From positions 1 to 58,184 of the forward strand of contig CAYIEM010000002.1 in the NCBI GenBank assembly GCA_964362545.1: a stretch of 58,184 nucleotides of DNA. Direction: 5' to 3'. The position numbers and the translations under genes are program-made. The notes under the pieces are model-generated. The model made no database searches. It saw only the letters and a program-made list of their open reading frames with translations, and was not told the DNA's origin. Source of the DNA: an uncultured Candidatus Saccharibacteria bacterium. GTDB taxonomy: Bacteria; Patescibacteriota; Minisyncoccia; Phycocordibacterales; UBA9973. Position 1 is the stretch's first letter. Each line of letters opens with the position of its first letter. Below are positions 17,480 through 26,521 of this stretch, piece after piece.

Positions 17480-18913
17480 ATGCAAATCAACCCTTATATT
17501 TTTCGTAATTATGACATCCGCGCACGCGTGCCGGACGAAATTGACACGGCTAAAGTCGAAGCTATCGGCAAATCTTACGGCACTTTCCTGCGCCGCCGCA
17601 AAATTCGCCAGGCTGTGGTCGGTTATGACTGCCGCCTGTCCGGACCAGAATTTCACGCCGCTTATATCAACGGACTCACCTCTACCGGCGTTGATGTTGT
17701 CGATATCGGTATGTGTATGACCCAGATGGTTTATTGGAGCCAATATTATTTTCAAACCAACGGTGCGACCATGATTACCGCCTCGCATAATCCCAAAGAT
17801 TTCAACGGTTTTAAAATCGCCACAGCTTTTTCTCAGACGACCCTACCTCGCGATATAAAAGAGATAAGGGAGGCAGTGGAAAAAGATAAATATTTCGTTG
17901 CGGAGAAAAAAGGCGCGGTCACCGAAGTTGATATTCATGGGGCTTATCAAAAGGACATTCTGAAAAGAGTCGATATTAAAAAGAAATTAAAGGTATTAGT
18001 TGATTTTCGCCATGGCACACCGGCTTTTTTTATTCCGGAAATTTTGCGCGCTGCCGGCTGCGATGTCATTGCAAAAAATGATACGGTGGATGGCAGCTTC
18101 CCCAAAGGCACGCCCGATCCGACCGATGAAGATTACATGCGCGGATTGGGCGAGGAAGTGAAAAAGGGAAATTTTGACGTTGCTTTTTGTTATGATGGCG
18201 ACGGTGATCGCATCGGTCTAGTAGACGAAAAAGGCCGAATTATGTGGAACGATATGATGCTAGCAATTTTTGCGGGAGAGATACTGGAAAGATTCCCAGG
18301 CGGTAAAATTATTTACAACACTCTCTGTTCGCAAGTCGTTCCTTGGGCTATCAAACAAGCCGGCGGAGTACCAATTATGTGGCTTACCGGCCATACTTTC
18401 ATTAAAGATAAGATGATTACGGAAAACGCGGTTTTTGGCGGTGAACTCTCCGGTCATTTCTTTTTCCGGGACAACTTTTACGGTTATGACGATGGCACTT
18501 ACGCGACGTTGCGCGTTCTGGAATATATGTCGGAAAAGAATTTAAAAATGAGCGAAATTTTTGACCGTTACCCTAAATATTATTCTTCTCCGGAGATCAA
18601 AATCGGTTGTCCGGACAGCAAAAAAGTCGAAGTTATAAGGATACTTTCGGAAAAATTCAAGAAGGACTTTCCAAACGGGCGCGTGAGTGACGAACACAAC
18701 ATCCCCGGCAACGATGGCGCCAGGATTGACTTCGACGACGGGATGATGATTTTTCGCTACTCACAGAATGGTCCCTATATTACAGTGAGATTCGAAGCTA
18801 AAGACAAAACAATGTATAACAAGAGAAAAGATTATTCCCGTGAAATTCTGGAATCCTACCCGGAAATGATATGGAAAGACGAGCTTTGCGTTAATCTTGA
18901 TGCGCTAAAATAA
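17480..18913 (+). CDS. Phosphomannomutase/phosphoglucomutase (alpha-D-phosphohexomutase)
   Basis: IFRNYDIRA start, active-site ITASHNPKDFNG, Mg site CYDGDGDRIG, sugar loop GGELSGHFFF. Confidence 0.9.
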   Translation: MQINPYIFRNYDIRARVPDEIDTAKVEAIGKSYGTFLRRRKIRQAVVGYDCRLSGPEFHAAYINGLTSTGVDVVDIGMCMTQMVYWSQYYFQTNGATMITASHNPKDFNGFKIATAFSQTTLPRDIKEIREAVEKDKYFVAEKKGAVTEVDIHGAYQKDILKRVDIKKKLKVLVDFRHGTPAFFIPEILRAAGCDVIAKNDTVDGSFPKGTPDPTDEDYMRGLGEEVKKGNFDVAFCYDGDGDRIGLVDEKGRIMWNDMMLAIFAGEILERFPGGKIIYNTLCSQVVPWAIKQAGGVPIMWLTGHTFIKDKMITENAVFGGELSGHFFFRDNFYGYDDGTYATLRVLEYMSEKNLKMSEIFDRYPKYYSSPEIKIGCPDSKKVEVIRILSEKFKKDFPNGRVSDEHNIPGNDGARIDFDDGMMIFRYSQNGPYITVRFEAKDKTMYNKRKDYSREILESYPEMIWKDELCVNLDALK

Positions 18914-18980
18914 ATTACACCAGACCAGATCATTTATATCAAGTAGACTTCGAAATTCTCTGGTTTATAATAGTAGAAAG

Positions 18981-20405
18981 ATGAAATATAAAGGATGGTC
19001 TACAGTAGTAATAATTGCTTTTGTATTTGTAATAAGCACTAATAATAAATTAGCCACAGCAGCAACTGTACCTTCGCCTGATATTCTATACAGCGACTGG
19101 AAAAGTCGTTTTGTTACCTCGTCGGGCGCCAGTGGGTTTTTGCGTGTCCGAGTAACTGAAGATAATGATGTCACTGTTTCAGAAGCCCAAGGATACGGCA
19201 TGCTTCTGTCGGCATATCGGGCTGATAAAAGCACGTTTGACAAACTCCTTTCTTATACCGAAAAATATCTTGATCCCCGCGGCTTGATGCACTGGAAAAT
19301 AGATAAGAACGGGAACGTTGCCGGTCAAAACGCGGCGACCGACGGCGATGAAGATATTGCTTACGCGCTCCTCGTAGCCCACAGCAAGTGGGGCGAACCT
19401 TACGGAGGTAAAGCCAAAATTTATATTAAAAACATTTTTGACTACGAGGTTGAACCCGACACTTACGTTTTAAAACCGGGCGATGTCTGGGGCGGTTCAG
19501 ATATTACAAACCTTTCTTATTGCGCTCCGGCTTTTTATCGCGCCTTCGCCGAATTTACCGGAAACCAGGATTGGTTCAAAGTTATTGACCGCTGTTACGA
19601 CATTCATGAAAAAGCCGAAAATACTGCGACAGGACTTGTGCCCGACTGGACCACAATAGACGGCGGCTCTGCTGTAGGCCTAACCCATAACCCTAACAAA
19701 GACAATTTCTCTTATAACGCGATCCGCGTGCCTTGGCGGCTTTTTATGGACTATAAGTGGTTCGGAGAACCGCGAGCTTACAACAATATTAACCTCATGG
19801 CTAAATTCTTCGCTGGAGAAAATTCTCTTTACAGTGGCTACACCCTCCCCGGATCTCCGACCGTAAATTATTTTGATACCACTTTCGCGGCTGGGATAGC
19901 CACGGCCGCGGCAGGATCCGAAGAAGGTGCTTTTGCGTCAAAAATTCTTGAAAAACTTTCTTCGATGAACCCGTCGAGTTACTATGGCGCTTCTCTTCGA
20001 ACTCTCGCTCTGCTTCTTCTTTCCGGCAATTTCCCGGCAGTTGTTTTGCCTGCGAGTACTGGAAGCTCTGCGCCTTCCCCCTCTCCCGCACCGGAGCCAC
20101 CTCCAGTTGGACAATATGTGATCATTCTTGAAGATCCGAACGACAACCAAGAAATCTCTGGAGAGAAAAAGATAAAAGCTTATATAGACAACATTACGTT
20201 AAAAAACTACACGATGACTTATTCAGTTGACGGATCGAAGGAAGTGCCGATGGCTGACGCAGCCGGTATGTTTAAACAAATAAAAGTACAATTCGACAGC
20301 TGGACATGGAACAAAGCAGGACCTTATAAAGTAACTCTTACGGCTCGCGATCTTTCCGGAAACATCATCGGAACCAAACTTTTTTCACTTTTCGTTAAGC
20401 AATAA
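18981..20405 (+). CDS. Secreted GH8 endoglucanase with Pro/Ser linker and C-terminal Ig-like domain
   Basis: Signal peptide. ATDGDEDIAYALLVAHSKW fits the GH8 signature A-[ST]-D-[AG]-D-x2-[IM]-A-x-[SA]-[LIVM]-[LIVMG]-x-A-x3-[FW]. Linker SSAPSPSPAPEPPP. Confidence 0.8.
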   Translation: MKYKGWSTVVIIAFVFVISTNNKLATAATVPSPDILYSDWKSRFVTSSGASGFLRVRVTEDNDVTVSEAQGYGMLLSAYRADKSTFDKLLSYTEKYLDPRGLMHWKIDKNGNVAGQNAATDGDEDIAYALLVAHSKWGEPYGGKAKIYIKNIFDYEVEPDTYVLKPGDVWGGSDITNLSYCAPAFYRAFAEFTGNQDWFKVIDRCYDIHEKAENTATGLVPDWTTIDGGSAVGLTHNPNKDNFSYNAIRVPWRLFMDYKWFGEPRAYNNINLMAKFFAGENSLYSGYTLPGSPTVNYFDTTFAAGIATAAAGSEEGAFASKILEKLSSMNPSSYYGASLRTLALLLLSGNFPAVVLPASTGSSAPSPSPAPEPPPVGQYVIILEDPNDNQEISGEKKIKAYIDNITLKNYTMTYSVDGSKEVPMADAAGMFKQIKVQFDSWTWNKAGPYKVTLTARDLSGNIIGTKLFSLFVKQ

Positions 20406-20448
20406 AAGTGGTAAGCTTTAAATACGAAAAACACAGGTAGTGGAAGTT

Positions 20449-20859
20449 TCAGGAATTTTTGATTCTTTCCCGCAACTCAGTAGTGGAATAGGAGTGGTTT
20501 CGGTTGTTGTAGTAGATTTTTATGGGTAAATCGTGACCGGTAAATTTTTTACCTTTCCAGTCGGCTCCGATTATGCGTATGTCAGGTTTCAGTTCTTTCA
20601 AGATGTTATACAAATCATCTTCTGTTCTGTAGATAATAATTTCATCCACATACCGGTTTGCTTTTAGCTGGATGTATCTTTCCTCCAGTGTCTGAATGGG
20701 TGTACTTTTCTTCTTTCCTCTGTACTCCAAAGGGGCTACGCTCGGATCATCATGAAGCCCCACAATAAGCCAGTCGCATTGTTTCTTGGCTTCTTCCAGC
20801 ATCAAACAATGCCCCGCATGGAGCAAATCGAAGGCCGAAAAAGTGATTCCTTTTATCAT
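20449..20859 (-). CDS. Cytidylyltransferase, TagD-like (glycerol-3-phosphate cytidylyltransferase family)
   Basis: FSAFDLLHAGH (HxGH) and C-terminal HSYSTTELRERI (RTxGISTT-like). 136 aa. Confidence 0.75.
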   Translation of the reverse strand: MIKGITFSAFDLLHAGHCLMLEEAKKQCDWLIVGLHDDPSVAPLEYRGKKKSTPIQTLEERYIQLKANRYVDEIIIYRTEDDLYNILKELKPDIRIIGADWKGKKFTGHDLPIKIYYNNRNHSYSTTELRERIKNS

Positions 20860-20973
20860 ATAATTTTAATTACGAACATAATAATACCCAAAATATACCA
20901 CACTTTTTATTAAAATCAAGACCCCCTGTTGAGTTTTTCGATGCGACATTTAAAGTCATATAAACATGCTCTG

Positions 20974-22656
20974 TCATTCCACGTCAGGAATTAATGCAGG
21001 AATTAGCAACTTATCTCCTATCTCTATCCGGTGCGGGTTAATAATATTGTTCGCCTCCACTATAACGTCATACTTTTTGGCATTTTTGTAAAATCTCTTG
21101 GCAATTGAGGAGAGATTGTCGCCCCGCACCACTTCATAATATACTTCATATTTTTCTTCCAAATATTCGGCTTGGTACACATGAAGCCACAGGGTCCTTG
21201 AAAATTGACGTTTTTCAAGTTTCCGAAGATTCGAGTCAAAATAATCTTTTACTTCCGTGGCACCCTCCAGGTTATCCGCCATAAAGAGAAAAATTCGCTT
21301 ATGATGCCCTTTCACAATCTCCGCGTCCGCTTCAATCCTCTCCCTTGTAGCGAGAGGAATGGCGCCCTTGCGCTTATCCCAGATGGGCATCGAAGTCACC
21401 TGGGCCATACCCCGGTAATAATATTGAAAAGGATAAACGACATACGGAGGCGCCAAGGCGACTACGTCCCGCGGGGTTACCGTTTCGCTGATGTATCGAG
21501 CGGCTTCGCGGTAGTCTTCTTTGGCCGGGTTTTCGGCGCTCACATACTGGTTTACAAGTGATACCGCGATACCTAGAAACAGGATGAATGCGAATGCCTT
21601 CTTGCCAAATCCGCGCAGTTCGCCGAGCGTCCAGGCGAGAAGTATGTAGTAAAGCGGAGAAACTATAGACAAATACCTGGTAAGATACATCGGTTTTAAA
21701 AGCACGCTCACCCCGAACACGATAATGATCGGAAGCAATATGCCGGCGCACACAAGGATCATTCCTTTCCCCGAATACTTTCTTTTAGAGAGAAAAACAA
21801 ATCCGAGCAGAATTACCGCGGGCCACAGAGCGATAATGGTAGACGTAATGGCGTCTGACTGAAAACCGAAGGTGAATTCAAAGAAGCTCAAGGCAATATT
21901 GAAGGTCGTGGGACGTTCAAGCACTGGAGCGAGCGATCCTGATCCGTATGAATTTAAAAGCTCGTAGGCCCACGGAAAGAATGCCGCCGCCAGAATAACG
22001 GCAACCAGAATAAGCTTTATGAATATTTTTTTCTTTTCCGGAACATTGACGCTGAAATTACTCTTCCATGTGGTAAAGAAGAAAACTATCTGCGACAAAA
22101 GAACCAGAAAGAAAAAGTAATGGGTATACATTCCGATCAGGTTCACTGCCACGTAACCGGCGTAAGACAGGAAGCGATCGGTTTTCAGAATGCGAAGCAG
22201 AAAGTAGTACGAAAGGGTTGTGACCAGAATAAGAAGCGTGTACATTCTGATTTCCCGGCTATACCACACCCAGAATGGCGAAAGAGCGCCGATTGCCGTG
22301 GCCAGAAGGGCGATTTTTTCTTCAAAAAGCTCTTTCGCCAAAAAAAACAAGGCAAAAAGCGCGAGGACCCCTGGTATCAGCGAAAGAGCTCTCACGGATA
22401 CTTCTCCTGAACCGAAAAAATACATCCAGAAATGAAGCACTGTGTTGTGAAGCGGAAGATGCACGTTTTTCAGCATGTAGGTGGCGATGAAAGATGCCGA
22501 ATGCGAAGCCTGCCAGACGCTCTGTGCCTCGTCGAGGCGCAGGCTTTCCCCTCCCAAGTTCCAAAGCCGTAGAAAAACACCGACCGCTATGATAAGGGCC
22601 ACCAGGACGAACGTTTTCCAAAAATTATTTCTTGAGCTGGGTTCGGTGTTATTCAT
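20974..22656 (-). CDS. GT-C fold glycosyltransferase (family 39, ArnT/PMT-like) fused to a C-terminal LysM domain
   Basis: About 11 TM helices, first-loop LRLDEAQSVW motif, C-terminal YEVVRGDNLSSIAKRFY...IEIGDKLLIP (LysM). Its start overlaps the upstream stop in ATGAATAA. Confidence 0.8.
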   Translation of the reverse strand: MNNTEPSSRNNFWKTFVLVALIIAVGVFLRLWNLGGESLRLDEAQSVWQASHSASFIATYMLKNVHLPLHNTVLHFWMYFFGSGEVSVRALSLIPGVLALFALFFLAKELFEEKIALLATAIGALSPFWVWYSREIRMYTLLILVTTLSYYFLLRILKTDRFLSYAGYVAVNLIGMYTHYFFFLVLLSQIVFFFTTWKSNFSVNVPEKKKIFIKLILVAVILAAAFFPWAYELLNSYGSGSLAPVLERPTTFNIALSFFEFTFGFQSDAITSTIIALWPAVILLGFVFLSKRKYSGKGMILVCAGILLPIIIVFGVSVLLKPMYLTRYLSIVSPLYYILLAWTLGELRGFGKKAFAFILFLGIAVSLVNQYVSAENPAKEDYREAARYISETVTPRDVVALAPPYVVYPFQYYYRGMAQVTSMPIWDKRKGAIPLATRERIEADAEIVKGHHKRIFLFMADNLEGATEVKDYFDSNLRKLEKRQFSRTLWLHVYQAEYLEEKYEVYYEVVRGDNLSSIAKRFYKNAKKYDVIVEANNIINPHRIEIGDKLLIPALIPDVE

Positions 22657-24298
22657 GTCGCGTGTCTTTATTTTCCGGATTAAGCACCTCTCTTTCGATC
22701 ACGCCCAGCACAGCGGCCGTTTTCGGACGGAGCAGGGGTGCTTTCATAGAGAGAGTGTCCGAACGGAACCATGTTTTTATTCTCTCCGGTATCGCGCGCC
22801 ACGGATAAGCGACGCGGATAAAACCGAAAAAGAAAACAATATTAAAAACTATCCAGGCGCTGTTTGTCATCACGGAAGGCGTGAGCCCGTAGGTATAAAC
22901 GGCATAGACGATAGCGCAAATAGAGATAACAGCGTAGATGATGTTGGGCAGGGCGTACATGATATAGTTCCCGGCCTGTACAGTTTTTGGAGTAATGTTC
23001 CAGCTATCTTTCACTCCCGTCATGGCCGAGATGGTCGCGCGAAAAAAGACAAAGAAAGAACTCATGGACATCTGAATCGCCCGGAAAGTTATTTCGAACT
23101 TGGTCGAACGCATCAAAAGATAAATAGTCGAGAAAATGAAGGGGAAAAAATAAGCCATGAAATCGTGCGTGTTTTCCCTGATCGGAGAAATATTCGTCGT
23201 AATGACGACGATGGGAATGACGGCATCCACGAGCGCCACAAGCCCATTTAAGTAATAGCTCGAAGAATACAGATAGTGGATTTTCTGAGCAAAGGTAAGC
23301 CCCTTGCGGAAAAATGGATTATAGTGGAAAATCACATCGAGACAGCCTCTTGCCCACCGATACTGCTGTTTCGCGAAAGAGCCGAGATCAAGAGGCGCCA
23401 TTCCCTCCGAAAGCACTTCGGGAACATACACAGACTCATATCCTTTCCCGTGAAGCAAGAGAGAAACCAAAAAATCTTCCGTAATCGAATCGGTCGGAAT
23501 GCCTCCAACCATTTCAAGAGCGCTCCTTCTAAGCACGGCATTGGTCCCGCACCAGAAAGTCGCGTTATCAGAGTTCTTTCCTCGACAAATCGGGCCAAAA
23601 AAAAGCTCCTGCTGTTCCCAGGCCGCCTCAGTGAGATAATTTTCCTCGTGATTTGCGTAATACTGGGGTGTCTGTACCAAAGCCATTTTTTCGTTCTCGA
23701 AATACCCCATAGTGCGCGCCAAAAATTCCGGATAAGGCGCCTGGTCTGTGTCGAAAAGAGCGAAAAACGGCGCGTCTGTATGCTTTAGGGCATTGTTGAT
23801 ATTGCCCGCCTTCGCCCCGCCCGGAATATCACGGGTTATCACCGAAACGCCGAGCCTCTTTCCGAGATTTTCTACTTCCCGCCAGTTTTCTTTTTTAGCC
23901 ACAAACCCGTCGTTTAAAACGAACACCTGAAAATCAGGATACTCCATCGCTTTAGCCGCCAAAATAGTTTTTTCTGTAACCTTTAACGGCTCTCCGCAGG
24001 CTGTGATGAAAACGTCCACTCGCGGAGCATACGATCCGAGCATTTTCGGCTGGTAGGGCTTTTGATTACGGACCGTGAAAAGGTACCCGACCGCTTGCCA
24101 AACGTGATAGACTTCTCCGGCAAAGAGAAGTGAAAAAAGGATCCAGGAAGAAGCGTTCGAGAAATCCAGCCACCATCTCGCGTAAATTATCGTAAGGAAA
24201 AGACAAGTTATTATTAATATTTTTGGAACGATTTCGCCGGGCAGTATGAAAGGACGCTTCGGAGCCAGAGAGGCCAGAGAAGAAAAAGGAGTGTTCAT
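22649..24298 (-). CDS. Processive family-2 beta-glycosyltransferase, cellulose synthase (BcsA)-like, without a PilZ domain
   Basis: VDVFITACGEP, VLNDG, KAGNINNAL, FDTDQ, VQTPQYY, FWCGTNAVLRR, ITEDF and QQYRWARG run parallel to the BcsA D,D,D,QxxRW motif set. 549 aa; the C-terminal tail has no RxxxR/DxSxxG. Confidence 0.8.
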   Translation of the reverse strand: MNTPFSSLASLAPKRPFILPGEIVPKILIITCLFLTIIYARWWLDFSNASSWILFSLLFAGEVYHVWQAVGYLFTVRNQKPYQPKMLGSYAPRVDVFITACGEPLKVTEKTILAAKAMEYPDFQVFVLNDGFVAKKENWREVENLGKRLGVSVITRDIPGGAKAGNINNALKHTDAPFFALFDTDQAPYPEFLARTMGYFENEKMALVQTPQYYANHEENYLTEAAWEQQELFFGPICRGKNSDNATFWCGTNAVLRRSALEMVGGIPTDSITEDFLVSLLLHGKGYESVYVPEVLSEGMAPLDLGSFAKQQYRWARGCLDVIFHYNPFFRKGLTFAQKIHYLYSSSYYLNGLVALVDAVIPIVVITTNISPIRENTHDFMAYFFPFIFSTIYLLMRSTKFEITFRAIQMSMSSFFVFFRATISAMTGVKDSWNITPKTVQAGNYIMYALPNIIYAVISICAIVYAVYTYGLTPSVMTNSAWIVFNIVFFFGFIRVAYPWRAIPERIKTWFRSDTLSMKAPLLRPKTAAVLGVIEREVLNPENKDTRHE

Positions 24299-24300
24299 GT

Positions 24301-25494
24301 TTATTCTAACTTACTTAGGTCTAGTAATCGTCCCGCATGAAAGGCCAGCCCAAACCATACCCAGTTCTGGGCGTAATAGCCGAGCGGTTTTGAAAAGTCT
24401 TCTATGTCCGGATCATAAAGAGGCGCGAGCTTACCCGCGAATATCTCCTTGGCGAGATCGGGGCGCTTGATTTTGAAATAAGGGTAAGTTGCAGCATACA
24501 TACTGGAGCTTTCGTCCTCACGTGCGGGTAGTCCGTCATGTGTGTAAGCGCTGAAGAGTATCCCTCTCTTCTCCCACTCTAAAGCAAGAAACCCGAGAGT
24601 GTCTAAATATTTTTCGGCTCTCTCGTCTTTATGCCATACAAAATCAAGCGCGACCCGCCAGGGAACGCGGAAAGCATCGTCTGAGAAATCGGTTGTCTTA
24701 TCCGCGTATGGCGGAGGTGTAGCAGAAAGAGTTTTCCTGTCGAAACTCGCCCAGTCCGGAGGTAGAGAAACGCTTGTTTTTTTATTGAGAGAGGATTCCG
24801 TAACTTTTTGCAGCATTTCATAGGAAGTATTTTTCACCGCCATCCAGTCGTGAATCCTATCCGCTTCCGCGAAGATCGGATAAGCATAAAACATATAATA
24901 GGAGGGATTAATGGAAAGAGAGCCGTCTTCTTTCGCCCAGTTTCCTGCCAGAAGATACGGTTTCCCGCTCACTGTCTGTATTTCCTTGTCCCAGATGTCT
25001 TTGAGTATTTTGATCGCCTGTTCCATATAATGGTCCTGATTCCACCGCTTGGAAGCAAAAATGAGCGCTAGGGCAATATCCTGGTCTGCATCGGAGGCAC
25101 TGTTTATGCCTCCCTCATCCCTAAGCACATCCCATTTTCCTTCCGCGTCTTTTCCCCATTTCCACGCGAATAATTCATCCGGACGCTTGCCTAGGTTGTG
25201 GTTGGTCCACTTGAGCACCTGGTCGAAAACATCCTTCTCGTCCATCCACACTGCCCTAAGGAGCGCGTACGATTGCCCTTCGGATGTGGTGATGTAGTCC
25301 CTATCGCGGTCTATGGTTCGTCCGTCTCTTTGGATTTTGTCTTTGTGTGCTATCCACAAGTTGTCCACCGCAAGGTTGGGATAGGTGTTGATGAACGTAG
25401 AATTATCCGAAATGGCGGAAATCGCCAAAGACGTAAGCAGGTGGCTTACAAGGACAATCGACGATATTATTTTTGTAAAAAATGTCTCTATCAT
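24301..25494 (-). CDS. GH8 endoglucanase (BcsZ-like position)
   Basis: ASDADQDIALALIFASKRW fits the GH8 signature exactly. N-terminal TM/signal segment. Ends 2 nt upstream of the synthase gene. Confidence 0.8.
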   Translation of the reverse strand: MIETFFTKIISSIVLVSHLLTSLAISAISDNSTFINTYPNLAVDNLWIAHKDKIQRDGRTIDRDRDYITTSEGQSYALLRAVWMDEKDVFDQVLKWTNHNLGKRPDELFAWKWGKDAEGKWDVLRDEGGINSASDADQDIALALIFASKRWNQDHYMEQAIKILKDIWDKEIQTVSGKPYLLAGNWAKEDGSLSINPSYYMFYAYPIFAEADRIHDWMAVKNTSYEMLQKVTESSLNKKTSVSLPPDWASFDRKTLSATPPPYADKTTDFSDDAFRVPWRVALDFVWHKDERAEKYLDTLGFLALEWEKRGILFSAYTHDGLPAREDESSSMYAATYPYFKIKRPDLAKEIFAGKLAPLYDPDIEDFSKPLGYYAQNWVWFGLAFHAGRLLDLSKLE

Positions 25495-25500
25495 AATGTT

Positions 25501-26496
25501 TTACGGATTTTCTTTGCTGATAAAAGGCGTCCCATCTAACATAGAGGCAGATCTATCTAAAAGAAAAGATATCCCTCCGAAGAGAAGCGTACCGAGAAGA
25601 GTTGAAATATCTACTGAAAGAGACGCGAGCACAGCGGTTTCCTTGCCGATTCCAGATAGAAGAAGACCCGCTACCCACCCCGCTTCCATAACTCCCAAAC
25701 CCGCTATGTTCGGTATGGTATTCGTGAAAATCTGAACCGCCCCTCCTACTACGATAGCCAAGGGCGGAATATTAAAACCAAACCCTTTCATAAAAAACCC
25801 ATAGGCTAAAAACATCGTTCCCCAAAGCAAAACGGAGTACAGGATGGCTCTTTCGTACACCCGGCACTCTTTGAATTGTCCGAAGGCGTTTACCACTTTC
25901 GTCAAAAACGTCTCCGCTTTGTTTCGAAAGGCGCCAACGGGGATAAGACGGAGTATTTTGCTGCCGAGAAAAAGCGCTAAAGACGGGCGGGTGGAAAGAA
26001 TAAACAACACGCCTACGCCAAAGACTATAACAGTGAAAGATATTAATGTCCACCAGAGCCCTGCTTTGCCCGCTGCTCCAAGGGTGAAAACAAGTCCCGC
26101 TGTCAGAAAGCAGGCCACGATAATAAAATCCAGAGTACGGTTCACAATCACTACGGCGAGGGAATCCGGGTACGGAATGTTACGCCCTTTCATCTGATTC
26201 ATAAACACGAACTCCCCTGCGGGGTTCGGGAGAATTCTAACAGCCATGTTGTGAATACCGGTAAGAATCGCCAGTGTTTTGAAAGAAAGCGCGGAAGGCA
26301 GGAACGCTTTCACCCTAAAAGTCCTCCACGCATAGGTCAAGAAGTACACCGCGGCGCCAAGAGTAAGCCAGAGCGCCGAGATATTTTTTTTCATTTCTCT
26401 AAGCGCTTCCATGTCTATGCCGGAAAGAACCCAAGTAATCAGAACTACTGTAATAACGGATGCAATTATTTTTCTGTTTCTTTGAAGAAAGCGCAT
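25501..26496 (-). CDS. Flippase-like polytopic membrane protein (LPG_synthase_TM / UPF0104 type)
   Basis: 331 aa, about 8 TM helices, N-terminal basic segment, GxxxxP-rich loops typical of the family. The assignment rests on pattern memory only. Confidence 0.6.
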   Translation of the reverse strand: MRFLQRNRKIIASVITVVLITWVLSGIDMEALREMKKNISALWLTLGAAVYFLTYAWRTFRVKAFLPSALSFKTLAILTGIHNMAVRILPNPAGEFVFMNQMKGRNIPYPDSLAVVIVNRTLDFIIVACFLTAGLVFTLGAAGKAGLWWTLISFTVIVFGVGVLFILSTRPSLALFLGSKILRLIPVGAFRNKAETFLTKVVNAFGQFKECRVYERAILYSVLLWGTMFLAYGFFMKGFGFNIPPLAIVVGGAVQIFTNTIPNIAGLGVMEAGWVAGLLLSGIGKETAVLASLSVDISTLLGTLLFGGISFLLDRSASMLDGTPFISKENP

Positions 26497-26521
26497 ATTA
26501 TTTTTTATAATATTCTGTATT

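Noticed and set aside
17462-17788. 108-aa minus-strand ORF overlapping the phosphomannomutase start
   Set aside because: It is antisense to a gene with unambiguous phosphohexomutase motifs and has no independent support.
22481-23788. Long plus-strand ORFs (22481..23251 at 256 aa, 23276..23788 at 170 aa, and others) antisense to the synthase gene
   Set aside because: They translate to R/S/P-rich low-information sequence and lie fully inside a minus-strand gene with clear family motifs. Such ORFs are expected where GC is elevated.
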